Assembly (NCBI GenBank): GCA_963701965.1
Contig: OY969695.1
Span: forward strand, 224,001 to 288,000
Direction of reading: 5' to 3'
DNA length: 64,000 nucleotides
Source of the DNA: an uncultured Gemmatimonadales bacterium
GTDB taxonomy: Bacteria > Gemmatimonadota > Gemmatimonadetes > Gemmatimonadales > Gemmatimonadaceae
A model generated the notes under the pieces. The model did no database searches. It saw only the letters and a list, made by a program, of their open reading frames with translations, and was not told the DNA's origin. The position numbers and the translations under genes were made by a program. Of this stretch, positions 10,097-19,918 are shown one piece after another (within the stretch, counting starts at the first letter, position 1; every line of letters begins with the position of its first letter).

Positions 10097-10154
10097 GGCT
10101 AACGTTTGAATTCAGCGGCAGCCGACGGCGGTCCGCTGGAATGATGGGTTGGGC
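10097..10154 (-). other. attC site (short, 58 bp)
   Basis: GGCTAACGTTTGAATTCAGCGG...CCGCTGGAATGATGGGTTGGGC. Confidence 0.88.
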
Positions 10155-10440
10155 GGCACCAGTTGCATGCCAACCCACCGGGGTCACGCCGAGCCTCACA
10201 GAAAGAATACCTACCGTTTCGGCCCATACCGCATGGCCACCGCGCCCGTGCGAACTCCAGGCTACTTACAAGCTTCAAGTCAACATACCTCGACAGTCCG
10301 GCGAATAGCGTCGGGCCATGCCCAGCGGGCCTTGCCTGCACTACGAACTCGTATTCATCGACCAATCCCAGCGAAGGCGGAGCCTGAGACCAAGCAAGCG
10401 TGCCTCCGAGAAGTAGCAGACAAAGGATGACCGATCGCAT
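10099..10440 (-). CDS. Hypothetical secreted protein (3' end uncertain)
   Basis: MRSVILCLLLLGGTLAWSQ signal peptide just after an attC core. Confidence 0.5.
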   Translation of the reverse strand: MRSVILCLLLLGGTLAWSQAPPSLGLVDEYEFVVQARPAGHGPTLFAGLSRYVDLKLVSSLEFARARWPCGMGRNGRYSFCEARRDPGGLACNWCRPTHHSSGPPSAAAEFKR

Positions 10441-10452
10441 GGTCTTCGTGGC

Positions 10453-10521
10453 ACCTAACGTTCGACATGAGCGGCGAGCCAAAGGGCGCGAAGCGGCCTT
10501 TGGAGCGTCCGCTCGATGGAG
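10453..10521 (-). other. attC site truncated by an IS110 remnant
   Basis: ACCTAACGTTCGACATGAGCGG...CCGCTCGATGGAG followed by IS sequence. Confidence 0.85.
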
Positions 10522-10593
10522 CAACTGTGTCTCAAGTCAAGTGCTCCTGGATGAAGTGAGAACCGCATCGATGCGCCAGGGTGCCTGATCGCG
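10522..10593 (-). mobile_element. 72-bp remnant of the right end of the IS110 at 16684-17848
   Basis: Near-identical to 16684-16755 (one substitution seen). Confidence 0.92.
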
Positions 10594-10602
10594 ACCGAAT
10601 GC

Positions 10603-11268
10603 TTAGTGGGCTCTTTGAACGCCAAGAAATAACTCAACGATACCGATGGTGTCGATGAAGCCGTGAATCAACATCACGAAAGGCAAGCTCTTCTGGCTGA
10701 AGATGTACGTCATGGCAAGCGTGAACCCTACGGCTCCGGTGAGAAGCACACCTGCCGCCCCTTGGTAAAGGTGCGCGAAGCCAAATGCCATGGAACTGAA
10801 GAGGGCCAGTGGCCATTTGAACCTTTCTCCGAAGACTATGGTTCCATACCCGATCATGAATCCTCGGAAGACCGTCTCTTCAACGAGGGCTCCGATCAGC
10901 CAAGAGGCCACGAGGAAGAATGCCAGCTTGGGCCAATTGCCGGGAATAGCTTGAAATTGCGACGTGTCGAGGGGTCGCCGCGTGAGCCACTTTGCAACGG
11001 GCTCGAACGCATAGTCGGAAAGAAGACTCACCAGTGCTGCGACGACAAGTGCGTACCCGATGATCTTTATCCAGTTGGCTGGGCGCGCTAGCCCCAACAA
11101 GGCAACGGGTTGTCGCCCGAAGCCCATTAACGCGACAACCCACGCAAATGCCAAGATCGCACCAGCGCCTGGAAGCAAGAAGCACAGCACTGGGGCAATT
11201 GCCCACAGGACCACACGTGGCCAACCGCCGCTGCTCAGGACTCTTTCCGTGTGGTCTCGCAGCGACAT
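10603..11268 (-). CDS. CPBP/Abi family intramembrane metalloprotease
   Basis: EETVFRG, FGFAHLYQG, IHGFID. Confidence 0.9.
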   Translation of the reverse strand: MSLRDHTERVLSSGGWPRVVLWAIAPVLCFLLPGAGAILAFAWVVALMGFGRQPVALLGLARPANWIKIIGYALVVAALVSLLSDYAFEPVAKWLTRRPLDTSQFQAIPGNWPKLAFFLVASWLIGALVEETVFRGFMIGYGTIVFGERFKWPLALFSSMAFGFAHLYQGAAGVLLTGAVGFTLAMTYIFSQKSLPFVMLIHGFIDTIGIVELFLGVQRAH

Positions 11269-11275
11269 GGATGCT

Positions 11276-11337
11276 TCCTAACGACATGAGGCAGGCGAAG
11301 TCTGCCGGAAACTGTCCGCTCGATGGAAGGGTTCGGC
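11276..11337 (-). other. attC site (internally shortened)
   Basis: TCCTAAC...GTCCGCTCGATGGAAGGGTTCGGC. Confidence 0.75.
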
Positions 11338-11356
11338 GGTACTGCGGTGGTGCCAC

Positions 11357-11731
11357 TCAGTCGATGAATGCCCAAGTGTCTGCACCATCGAAATGGCGAA
11401 CCTGAACAGACTCTTGAAGACGCGGATCAAAGTTGCTGAGGTTGATGCCATGCTTGCCACCTGGTTCCGGCGCGAGTGGCTCCCAATGCGTGACGCACCC
11501 GCAGGTCTTGCAACGCACATTACGCAGCGTCTTGTCGCCCCAGATGTACTCGGCGGTGTTCCCCGGATGTCCCTCTATCCGAACCGTCCCGAACTCGTAG
11601 TAAGCCCAGAGTCCGCCAAGGCGCCTGCAGAGGGAGCAGTTGCACTTGGTCGCCTTCTCGGGCGCTGACGGCAGCGTGAGGCGAACTGCACCGCAGTGAC
11701 ATGAACCTTGTAGCAGTTGATTCTCGCCCAT
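11357..11731 (-). CDS. GFA family protein
   Basis: GSCHCGAV, CNCSLC, CKTCGCVTHW. Confidence 0.9.
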   Translation of the reverse strand: MGENQLLQGSCHCGAVRLTLPSAPEKATKCNCSLCRRLGGLWAYYEFGTVRIEGHPGNTAEYIWGDKTLRNVRCKTCGCVTHWEPLAPEPGGKHGINLSNFDPRLQESVQVRHFDGADTWAFID

Positions 11732-11757
11732 GACGGACTCGCTTGGATTCGTGTGCC

Positions 11758-11835
11758 GCCCAACGTTCGACATGAGCGGCGGCCGGAAGCGGAGGGAGCC
11801 TGCTGAAGGGACGTCCGTTCGATGGAGGGTGGGGC
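11758..11835 (-). other. attC site
   Basis: GCCCAACGTTCGACATGAGCGG...CCGTTCGATGGAGGGTGGGGC. Confidence 0.85.
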
Positions 11836-11917
11836 GTCGCCCGCGCGAAATAAAAATAGACGTGCCGAGGAGGCCAGGCATAAGCTCTCCCCGCCTCATA
11901 CACCCTGGGAGATTCCG

Positions 11918-12325
11918 ATGACTAGGCATATTCGTTCGTTGTTTTGTGCTGGCTTCCTGCTCTTGCTCGGCGGGCAGATGCTCGCCCAAACGGCGCCGCC
12001 TGCCAAGAGGAACCTTGTGGAGTTGGCGCGTGCCGACCTCTCCGGCGCACCGAACATGGAGGTGATCACTTCTAGAGGCGAGTGGAAAACCGGCGAATCG
12101 ATTCCGAGGCACCTGCATCACGGCATTGAGACTGGCTTCGTACTTCAGGGGGCGATGGTCCAAGAACCCGGTAAGGAGCCAATGATGCTCGCTACTGGCA
12201 GCCCGCTGATGAACCTGCGCGATGTTCCACATGCTGGATTCAAAGTCGTGGGTGAGGCATCACTCATTCTGCTTACTGTTCATATCGTGGACAAAGGCAA
12301 ACCCGTCACTGAATTTCTGAACTGA
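11918..12325 (+). CDS. Secreted cupin protein (antisense to the array)
   Basis: Signal peptide; PRHLHHGIETGFVL...VPHAG; GGGAG RBS. Confidence 0.85.
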   Translation: MTRHIRSLFCAGFLLLLGGQMLAQTAPPAKRNLVELARADLSGAPNMEVITSRGEWKTGESIPRHLHHGIETGFVLQGAMVQEPGKEPMMLATGSPLMNLRDVPHAGFKVVGEASLILLTVHIVDKGKPVTEFLN

Positions 12326-12345
12326 GAAGTCGATCCCCGCACGGC

Positions 12346-12423
12346 GCCTGACGTTTGACATGAGCGGCGGCTGTACGCGAGCGAAGCTTGCCGGAGGACG
12401 TCCGCTCGACGGAGGGGTTCGGC
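12346..12423 (-). other. attC site
   Basis: GCCTGACGTTTGACATGAGCGG...CCGCTCGACGGAGGGGTTCGGC. Confidence 0.85.
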
Positions 12424-12669
12424 CGATCACTCATTGGGACCGCGAAGTGAGCGAACGCCGGCGCGAAAGCCCTGGTGCTTTGCAAGTGGCGCGCTTGCAG
12501 GAGGTGGCTTTGCGCTGGGTGCGGGTGCCGCGGTGCCGCGAGTCGGCTGTCTCACTCAAGAGTGGCGCATCGAGGGGGTTAGGCGACAGCGACCGAACGG
12601 CAAGACCAACGGGATTGCCGGCGCCGGACACGAAGGATCCGTTAGCGGGAGGTCTCGCGCGCCCCAAGG

Positions 12670-13182
12670 TTAGAAGAGATTCGGATCAGGCGGTTTGCTG
12701 ATTTCCGAGCGATTGGCCTCTATGAACTCGCGGAACGCTCCGGAATAAAGACGTTGCCCTTCCCGGTCGAACACCTCCTTCATCAACGGGTGCCGCAGTT
12801 TCTCAAAGATGTATTGATCCCAGCCTTCGCTTTCGAACTGCTTCGCAACCCAACTAGACCTTCGCGTTGTCTGGTACATCTCTTCAAAGACGCTCAGATG
12901 GAAATACACGAAGGTCTTTAGCTGGTAGTAGTCGTCGCATCTCGGCACTTCTGCCGATGGGGCATAGAAGTACGACGTCTTCCGTTCGACCTGCTCCATG
13001 AGCAAGCGGAGCATCTTCGGGTTAGAAATCGCGAGTTTGTCGATCTCATACATCCGATCCCAAAGTTTCGCCGTTGGCGTGAGCGGCAATAGCGCCCGAG
13101 ATAAGACATAGGTAAGGAGGCCCAGCGCCGCAGCAAGCGCGGCCACCGCAACACCGAGCAAAGTGGCTTGAATCTGGGTCAT
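12670..13182 (-). CDS. Hypothetical protein with N-terminal TM helix
   Basis: ORF fills the cassette downstream of attC 13213. Confidence 0.7.
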   Translation of the reverse strand: MTQIQATLLGVAVAALAAALGLLTYVLSRALLPLTPTAKLWDRMYEIDKLAISNPKMLRLLMEQVERKTSYFYAPSAEVPRCDDYYQLKTFVYFHLSVFEEMYQTTRRSSWVAKQFESEGWDQYIFEKLRHPLMKEVFDREGQRLYSGAFREFIEANRSEISKPPDPNLF

Positions 13183-13212
13183 GTAACGGTGTGCTGAGAG
13201 GCGTTCTATTCG

Positions 13213-13290
13213 GCCTAACGTTCGGCACGAGCGGCGGCGCAAAGGGCGCGAAGCGGGCTTTGCAACGTCCGCTCGACGGAGGGGTTAGAG
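13213..13290 (-). other. attC site
   Basis: GCCTAAC...CCGCTCGACGGAGGGGTTAGAG. Confidence 0.92.
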
Positions 13291-13725
13291 GCCACGATTG
13301 GGAGCGGTGAGTAGCTTCTTCATAAAGAACTTGGAAAAGCCCACTGGATTGTTCGGAAGCTCCCCGAAACAGATGTAGCCGATACGCTCGTAGAACCCGC
13401 GCGCCTGAAATTCAATTGTGTCGAGCCACACCCCATGGCAGTTTCTCTGCCTGGCCTCCGCCTCGGCAAGCTCCATGATCTGGGCGCCGATGCCGCGACC
13501 CCGAAGATGCGTTGGCACTGCTAGGAGATGCACCATGAGCCAGTCGTAGGACGTGTTCCCCCACAGACCTCCGATCACGGAGCCCGAGCTGTCTCTGAGC
13601 AGCACGGCCAAGTGGCGATACTGGCTAGGCCCGGCCTGACTCGTGTTGTATTGGCCGAGCACGCCACCGATGGCCTGTCGGTTGTCAGCGTCCTCGACGT
13701 CGGTGAGAGAAAGCGTGTAGTCCAT
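13285..13725 (-). CDS. GNAT acetyltransferase
   Basis: LRGRGIGAQIM, LDTIEFQARGFYERIGY. Confidence 0.92.
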   Translation of the reverse strand: MDYTLSLTDVEDADNRQAIGGVLGQYNTSQAGPSQYRHLAVLLRDSSGSVIGGLWGNTSYDWLMVHLLAVPTHLRGRGIGAQIMELAEAEARQRNCHGVWLDTIEFQARGFYERIGYICFGELPNNPVGFSKFFMKKLLTAPNRGL

Positions 13726-13752
13726 GCTAAAGCGAGACGGCGTGCGGGTGGG

Positions 13753-13829
13753 ACCTAACGTTCGACATGAGCGGCAGCTGGAGGCAGGCAAACCCTGGCG
13801 GAAGCGGTCCCGCTCGATGGAGGGATTAG
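13753..13829 (-). other. attC site interrupted in its R'' box by IS110
   Basis: ACCTAAC...CTCGATGGAGGGATTAG, resumes ACGCC at 15501. Confidence 0.88.
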
Positions 13830-14094
13830 CGAAGTAATCGGCCTGCTGCCGCAAATCGCGCCGAAGAAACTCTGCGCGGCTTTGTTGTGGCAAGGTGGAA
13901 TGCGGCGCTGCGGAAGACCGATGTGGCAGTGGTGCGTACTGCCCGCGGATTAGCGTGGTCCTGGGTGACGTCATCGACATTGGTGAACCGGCTCGACGGT
14001 TTGCAGCCGCCGGGTCGGTATCCCGTTTGAGAGAATGAGCAAGACGACGTACCCGATGCGGCGCCACATTCCACAACGGATGATGGAGCAAGCC
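13830..14094 (+). ncRNA. Putative bridge RNA region of IS110-A
   Basis: GGATTAG (13947-53) equals the target left flank plus core; TTGAGAG (14027-33) equals the donor end plus core; RNA ends unknown. Confidence 0.6.
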
Positions 14095-15456
14095 ATGGCC
14101 GGACGCAACGCAAGAGTCAGCCCCAAGCCGGATAAGTCCCGAGCAGCCCTGACGATCACCCACCCCAATGCCGCCGGAATCGACATCGACAGCGCGTCCC
14201 ACTTCGTGGCCGTACCGCCGGACCGGGACGACGAACCCGTGCGCGAGTTCCCAAGCTTCACGGTCGATCTCAACGCCCTGGCCGATTGGCTCGACGCCTG
14301 CGGCGTCGATACCGTTGCGATGGAATCGACCGACGTGTACTGGATCCCTCTGTTCGAGCTGCTGGAGTCGCGCGGCTTCACCGTGCTGCTGGTCAACGCT
14401 CGCCACGTCAAGAACGTCTCCGGGCGCAAGTCCGACGTGCTGGACTGCCAGTGGCTGCAGCAGCTCATGACCTACGGCCTGCTCAGTGGGGCGTTTCGTC
14501 CGGCCGAGCAGATCTGCGTCCTGCGCTGCCTGTACCGCCAACGCGAGATGCTGCTAAAGAGCCAGGCCCGTCATGTCCAGCACATGCAAAAGGCGCTCAC
14601 GCAGATGAACACCCAGCTGACCAATGTCCTGGCCGACATCGTCGGCGCCACGGGGCAGAAGATCTTGCGCGCCATCGTCGCCGGCGAGCGCGACGGCGCT
14701 ACGCTGGGCGCGCTCAAGAATGTGCGCGTTCATGCCAGCGCCGACGAGATCGCCAAGAGCTTGCAGGGCAACTGGCGCGCAGAGCACCTGTTTGCACTCA
14801 AGCAGGCGCTGGCACTGTTCGACTTCATCGGCACGCAGCTCAGCGAGTGCGACGGCGAGATCGAAGCCCAACTGCAGAGCCTGCGCACTCACGATGGCGA
14901 TCCCGCCAAAGGCAAGAAGCGCAGCCGCTCGCGTAACGCCCCGAAGTTCGATCTGCGCGTGCAGCTGTTCCAGATGTGCGGTGTCGACCTCACCCGTATC
15001 GACGGCGTCGACGTCACCACGGCGCTGGCGGTGGTCTCGGAGATCGGCGTGGACATGGCACGCTTCCCCACCGTCAAGCACTTCACCTCCTGGCTGGGCC
15101 TGTGCCCGGGTACCAAGATCACCGGCGGCAAGGTGATGAGCGGCAAGACCAAGCGAGTCGTCAATCGCGCTGCGCAGGCCCTGCGCCTGGCCGCCGCCGC
15201 GCTGCGCAGCAGCAAGTCAGCGCTCGGCGCGTATTTCAGAAGGCTCTGCTCGCGCATGGACAAGCCCAAGGCCGTCACCGCCGCCGCACACAAAATCGCT
15301 CGGCTCATCTACTTGATGCTGACCAAAGGCCAGGAGTACACCGATCAAGGCCAGGACTACTACGAGCAACGCTACCGCGAGCGCGTCCTGCGCGCCCTAT
15401 CTCAGCGCGCCGCCAAGCTCGGTATGAAGATGGTCGCCATCGAGCAACCCGCCTGA
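14095..15456 (+). CDS. IS110 DEDD recombinase/transposase
   Basis: GIDID, MEST, KSDVLD, SWLGLCPGTKITGGK; GGAG RBS. Confidence 0.95.
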   Translation: MAGRNARVSPKPDKSRAALTITHPNAAGIDIDSASHFVAVPPDRDDEPVREFPSFTVDLNALADWLDACGVDTVAMESTDVYWIPLFELLESRGFTVLLVNARHVKNVSGRKSDVLDCQWLQQLMTYGLLSGAFRPAEQICVLRCLYRQREMLLKSQARHVQHMQKALTQMNTQLTNVLADIVGATGQKILRAIVAGERDGATLGALKNVRVHASADEIAKSLQGNWRAEHLFALKQALALFDFIGTQLSECDGEIEAQLQSLRTHDGDPAKGKKRSRSRNAPKFDLRVQLFQMCGVDLTRIDGVDVTTALAVVSEIGVDMARFPTVKHFTSWLGLCPGTKITGGKVMSGKTKRVVNRAAQALRLAAAALRSSKSALGAYFRRLCSRMDKPKAVTAAAHKIARLIYLMLTKGQEYTDQGQDYYEQRYRERVLRALSQRAAKLGMKMVAIEQPA

Positions 15457-15475
15457 AATCCACCCTCCAAATCAA

Positions 15476-15925
15476 TCACTTGGAACGAGTTTCTTGAGAG
15501 ACGCCAGCATGCCAGAGCCTGATACGAGCCTGCCGCAAAGCGAACCAGCCCGTAGAGACTGCAAGCGTGACGCCTGCGGCGGCCTCGAACCAGATGGTGA
15601 AGTTCATCGCAAGCGTGTGCTCAGAGCAGAGAGCCAGCGTGTAGTGCGCAAGCCCGTCGAGTCCAAACGCTCCATAAGCGGCGAAGAAGAGTGCGGCCGT
15701 TGTGCGCCAACCTGCCGCAACAAGAACGGCGCCGATGATGCCGACGCCGGTGATCATCAGCCAGGCGAGATAGACCTTTTCCCTTGTGAGCCAGGTTGGC
15801 ATGTTCGGATAGAAAGCGATGTATTCCGCGTTGTGGCTGAAGTGAGCGAGGCTCGCGACGCCATACAGCGCGAGCACCGGCCACACGTGGCTTGGCAAAT
15901 GCAACGAGCCGGGAAGCTCCTTCAC
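15476..15925 (-). CDS. Hypothetical membrane protein (C-terminus extended into IS)
   Basis: Several hydrophobic segments; starts just after an attC core. Confidence 0.75.
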   Translation of the reverse strand: MKELPGSLHLPSHVWPVLALYGVASLAHFSHNAEYIAFYPNMPTWLTREKVYLAWLMITGVGIIGAVLVAAGWRTTAALFFAAYGAFGLDGLAHYTLALCSEHTLAMNFTIWFEAAAGVTLAVSTGWFALRQARIRLWHAGVSQETRSK

Positions 15926-15932
15926 TGCTGAG

Positions 15933-16010
15933 GCCTAACGTTCGACATGAGCAGCGGCGCAAAGGGCGCGAAGCGGCCTTTGGGACGTTCGCTCGATGGA
16001 GGGGCTAGAG
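15933..16010 (-). other. attC site
   Basis: GCCTAACGTTCGACATGAGC...GCTCGATGGAGGGGCTAGAG. Confidence 0.9.
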
Positions 16011-16011
16011 C

Positions 16012-16608
16012 TCACTGGGCAGGCGACGGCTGATCCCTTTGCACGAGCGACAGATATTGCTCGAGAGTTCCGCACGAAAGCGGCTTGAACATGACGCGCA
16101 AGGTATTTGTGAGCTTCCCCATTTCGACGCCATGGCGCGTTCTGACTTCAATGTACCCGAGCGCTTCCCAAAACCGCTCGGCTCGACTGTTGCCCTGTAC
16201 GACGCCGAGCCGAAGCCACTTGGCACCGTTGGAGGCGGCCCACGCTTCGAGTTCGCCATACAGCGCCTGGGCAAGCCCCGTCCCGTGATGCGAAGTGGCT
16301 ATCACAAATAAACCAATGTGCCAGACGCTCGGGGCAAGAAGATCGGAGACGATGTTCGCCATCGCAACCATTCCTCCATCGGCGTTCAAGTAGCCCACCA
16401 ACCACTTTCTCGTGAAGCTCCACCCTACCGGCAATTCGCCATGGATTTCTTGGTGCGCCTCGTTCGGTCCCGCGGGCACACCGTTAACCGCAAGAAAGTA
16501 TTGCGGATTGGCTACGAAGAAGGCCTGCAGCAGCTGCTCATCTTCACCCGTGATCTCTATCGCACGCAAGCCCGGAACGAAGGAGACCGGGAGTGCGGCG
16601 ACCGTCAT
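16012..16608 (-). CDS. GNAT acetyltransferase
   Basis: HGTGLAQALY, NSRAERFWEALGY. Confidence 0.9.
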   Translation of the reverse strand: MTVAALPVSFVPGLRAIEITGEDEQLLQAFFVANPQYFLAVNGVPAGPNEAHQEIHGELPVGWSFTRKWLVGYLNADGGMVAMANIVSDLLAPSVWHIGLFVIATSHHGTGLAQALYGELEAWAASNGAKWLRLGVVQGNSRAERFWEALGYIEVRTRHGVEMGKLTNTLRVMFKPLSCGTLEQYLSLVQRDQPSPAQ

Positions 16609-16614
16609 CGTGGG

Positions 16615-16683
16615 CTCTAGCGTTCGACATGAGCGGCGGCCGCAGTCAAGTGCAGCTTGCCGAAGGACGTCCGCTCGATGGAG
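16615..16683 (-). other. attC site interrupted by IS110-B (rest at 17851-17859)
   Basis: ...CCGCTCGATGG AG [IS] AG GAGTTAGGT. Confidence 0.88.
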
Positions 16684-16698
16684 CAACTGTGTCTCAAG

Positions 16699-17669
<971 letters not shown>

Positions 17670-17698
<29 letters not shown>

Positions 17699-17840
17699 CA
17701 TCGACAACTGTTCGGGCTACACGGTTGGATAAGAACGGGCCAATGCGTTGACCTAATGCTCCATCACGAGCTAGAACTCAGAGGGGTAACTGGTTTGGCG
17801 CATCGACCACGAAACTACGGCACTGCTGTGCCTACTTCGG
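17670..17840 (-). ncRNA. Putative bridge RNA of IS110-B
   Basis: Four guide-like segments in the expected order: TTACCCCT, GATGGAG, ACAGTTG, GCAAG; ends approximate. Confidence 0.75.
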
Positions 17841-17900
17841 AAGATACAAGGAGTTAGGTCGCACCTCGGCTGCCGCGATACGCTCTTGCCCGTGTGGCTA

Positions 17901-18197
17901 CTACACGCCCTCAAGGGTAATGAGCATGTCCATTTCACTAGTGCATTGCTTCCGAAGAGCAATCAGCGGCGCATATTCGGGCGCGGTGTACCAGGCGTTA
18001 AGCGCTGTCATATCCGGGAACTCGATGATCACGACGCGCTCTGGGGTCCAGTGGCCTCCTTCGGGCATCCTATGGGCTCCTCCCTTGTTGAGATAGCGGC
18101 CTCCGTACTTGGCGATGAGTGGGCCAACCTTGACGCGGTAGTCCTCGAACTTGGACGCATCCGTGATGATGTGCTCAACGATCAAGTAAGCGGACAT
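17901..18197 (-). CDS. DUF1330 family protein
   Basis: KYGGRYL..GG, RVVIIEFPD...WYTAPEY. Confidence 0.9.
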   Translation of the reverse strand: MSAYLIVEHIITDASKFEDYRVKVGPLIAKYGGRYLNKGGAHRMPEGGHWTPERVVIIEFPDMTALNAWYTAPEYAPLIALRKQCTSEMDMLITLEGV

Positions 18198-18239
18198 GGG
18201 TTGCCTCCGAATGCGAGCAGTCTCAGTGTTTGCGGCGCG

Positions 18240-18307
18240 ACCTAACGTTTGAGATGAGAGGCGTGACCCGGCTCGCGGGGCAAGTCCTCTCGATTAAAGG
18301 GTTAGGC
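18240..18307 (-). other. attC site of the dfrB cassette
   Basis: ACCTAACGTTTGAGATGAGAGG...CCTCTCGATTAAAGGGTTAGGC. Confidence 0.9.
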
Positions 18308-18538
18308 CACGCGTTCAAGTGCAGCGACAGGATAAATTTGTACTGAGCCTGGGTGAGATTCAGACTCGACGGCGTAGCCCTCAGGGGTCAGTTTTGTGCA
18401 ATACCAGCCGACAACTTGACCCTGCCAAGCGGCGCCAGACTTCTTGCGTACACGATCTCCCAGGCCAAACGTGGCGCGCAGTCGCAATGCAAACGGACCA
18501 GCAACTGGAGTACTGATGTCGTTGCTACTTTGATCCAT
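18302..18538 (-). CDS. dfrB: Type II (R67-like) trimethoprim-resistant dihydrofolate reductase
   Basis: 78 aa; [50 protein letters not shown]. Confidence 0.97.
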   Translation of the reverse strand: MDQSSNDISTPVAGPFALRLRATFGLGDRVRKKSGAAWQGQVVGWYCTKLTPEGYAVESESHPGSVQIYPVAALERVA

Positions 18539-18646
18539 ACCTAACCCTTTTCGTCAATGTTTTGAGATGCTCGGCTGATCCAGGTCTACTTTTTGATTGG
18601 GCGATGACCTTGAAATCCTTCGCCCATGACGAGCCTGCTGGAGGAC

Positions 18647-19899
18647 GGGATCTTGCTCCGCTTTAGTTGACACATTGTTGTTAGGTCGTGCGTCGTTCGA
18701 AGGTAGCTGGCGGCGTGTGATCGAGAGACGAGTGCAGCCGCGTGTGGTTGTAGTACCGCAGGTAGGTGTGCAGAGTCTGCCTGAGCTCCTGGTCGCTGTC
18801 GAACCGCTTGCCCCAGAGGAACTCGCTCTTGAGTGAGTGGAAGAACGATTCCATGTGGGCGTTGTCGTTCATCTGACCGGGACGGTTCATGCTCTGCACG
18901 ATGCCGTGGCGGCGCAACGCCGCCTGGTAATCGAAGGCGCCGTACTCGATGCCGCGGTCGGTGTGGAAGATCAGGCCCGGCTCGGGTCGCCGCTTACGCA
19001 CAGCGTGCTGCAACGCTGTTCGGGTTAACTCGGCATCGCGTCTCTTGCTCAGGCTCCAGCCCACAAGCCTGCGTGAGTACTTGTCCATGACGACGGCCAT
19101 GTAGCGCCATTGCTGCCTGACGCGCAGGTAAGTGACGTCACCCACCCAGACTTGGTTGGTGTCTTGAAGCTGCAGGTGGCGCTGCCGGTTGGGGATGCGC
19201 TTGTAGAAGGCCTTCTGGCCCACCCTTCGGCGGCGATAGAGCCGCGCGCTGCGGCCCTGGATGTGTGCGCCGCGCATGAGCCTGGCGACCCGCCGGCGGC
19301 CGATTGATAAGCCCGCCTGCCGCATGGCTTGAGTCACCCGCGGACTGCCGTAGGTGTTCAAGCTGCTCGCGTGGACGCTGCGGATCTGCTCGGTGATGGC
19401 AGCGTCATCGACCTGGTGTTGGCTGGCTCCGCGTGCCTGCCAGGCGTAGAAGCCGGCCCGCGTTACGCCCAGCTGCCTGCACATCATCGCGAGGGGCCAC
19501 GCTTGCCGGTTTGTCCCGATGAAGGCGAAGACTTCGCCTTTCGTTCTGAGACAAACCGGATAGCTTTTTTTAGCAGGTCGTGCTCCATCTGCAGCTGCCG
19601 GTACTTGCCCTCGACTTCGCGCAGCCGCTGTAGCTCCGCTACAGCGGCTGCATCGAGCACCGGTGACTTGCCACTGAGCACGCCGTCTCTGACCTGCTTC
19701 CTCCACTTGGAGAGCATGAAGGGGTGGATGCACAGCGACTCGGCCACATCCTTGACGAGTACGCCGGGCTGCTCGCTCATGCGAACCGCGCGTAGCTTGA
19801 ACTCAAGCCCGTAGCGGTTGATCTTCTTCGGGCCAGGCATGCCCATTTGAGAACTCCTTCCGTTAGGTCAGAGTGTCAATCAAACCGGTGCAAGCTCCA
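18647..19899 (-). mobile_element. IS3-family element inserted in an attC
   Basis: Imperfect IRs GGGATCTTGCTCCGCTTTAGTTGACAC / TGGAGCTTGCACCGGTTTGATTGACAC; flanks GGAGGAC and CGTCCGCTCGATGG are attC sequence. Confidence 0.9.
18681..19846 (-). CDS. IS3 transposase OrfA/OrfB with programmed -1 frameshift
   Basis: OrfA HTH (YGLEFKLRAV), A7G run near 19564-71, OrfB WVGDVTY / HTDRG / NAHMESFFHSLK. Confidence 0.93.
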
Positions 19900-19918
19900 C
19901 GTCCGCTCGATGGAGCGG

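Larger units (their letters stand above)
13830..15498 (+). mobile_element. IS110-family element A
   Basis: Flanked by AG at 13828-29 and 15499-500; removal restores the attC end and the TAA of the neighbouring gene; no terminal IRs seen. Confidence 0.9.

Noticed and set aside
11357..16686. Long N-terminal extensions on cassette ORFs in the ORF track
   Set aside because: They read through attC or IS sequence; real starts lie just after the GTT core
18539..18570. A-rich sequence plus GTTAGGT before dfrB as a second attI
   Set aside because: Equally explained as the dfrB leader and RBS; cannot be resolved from sequence
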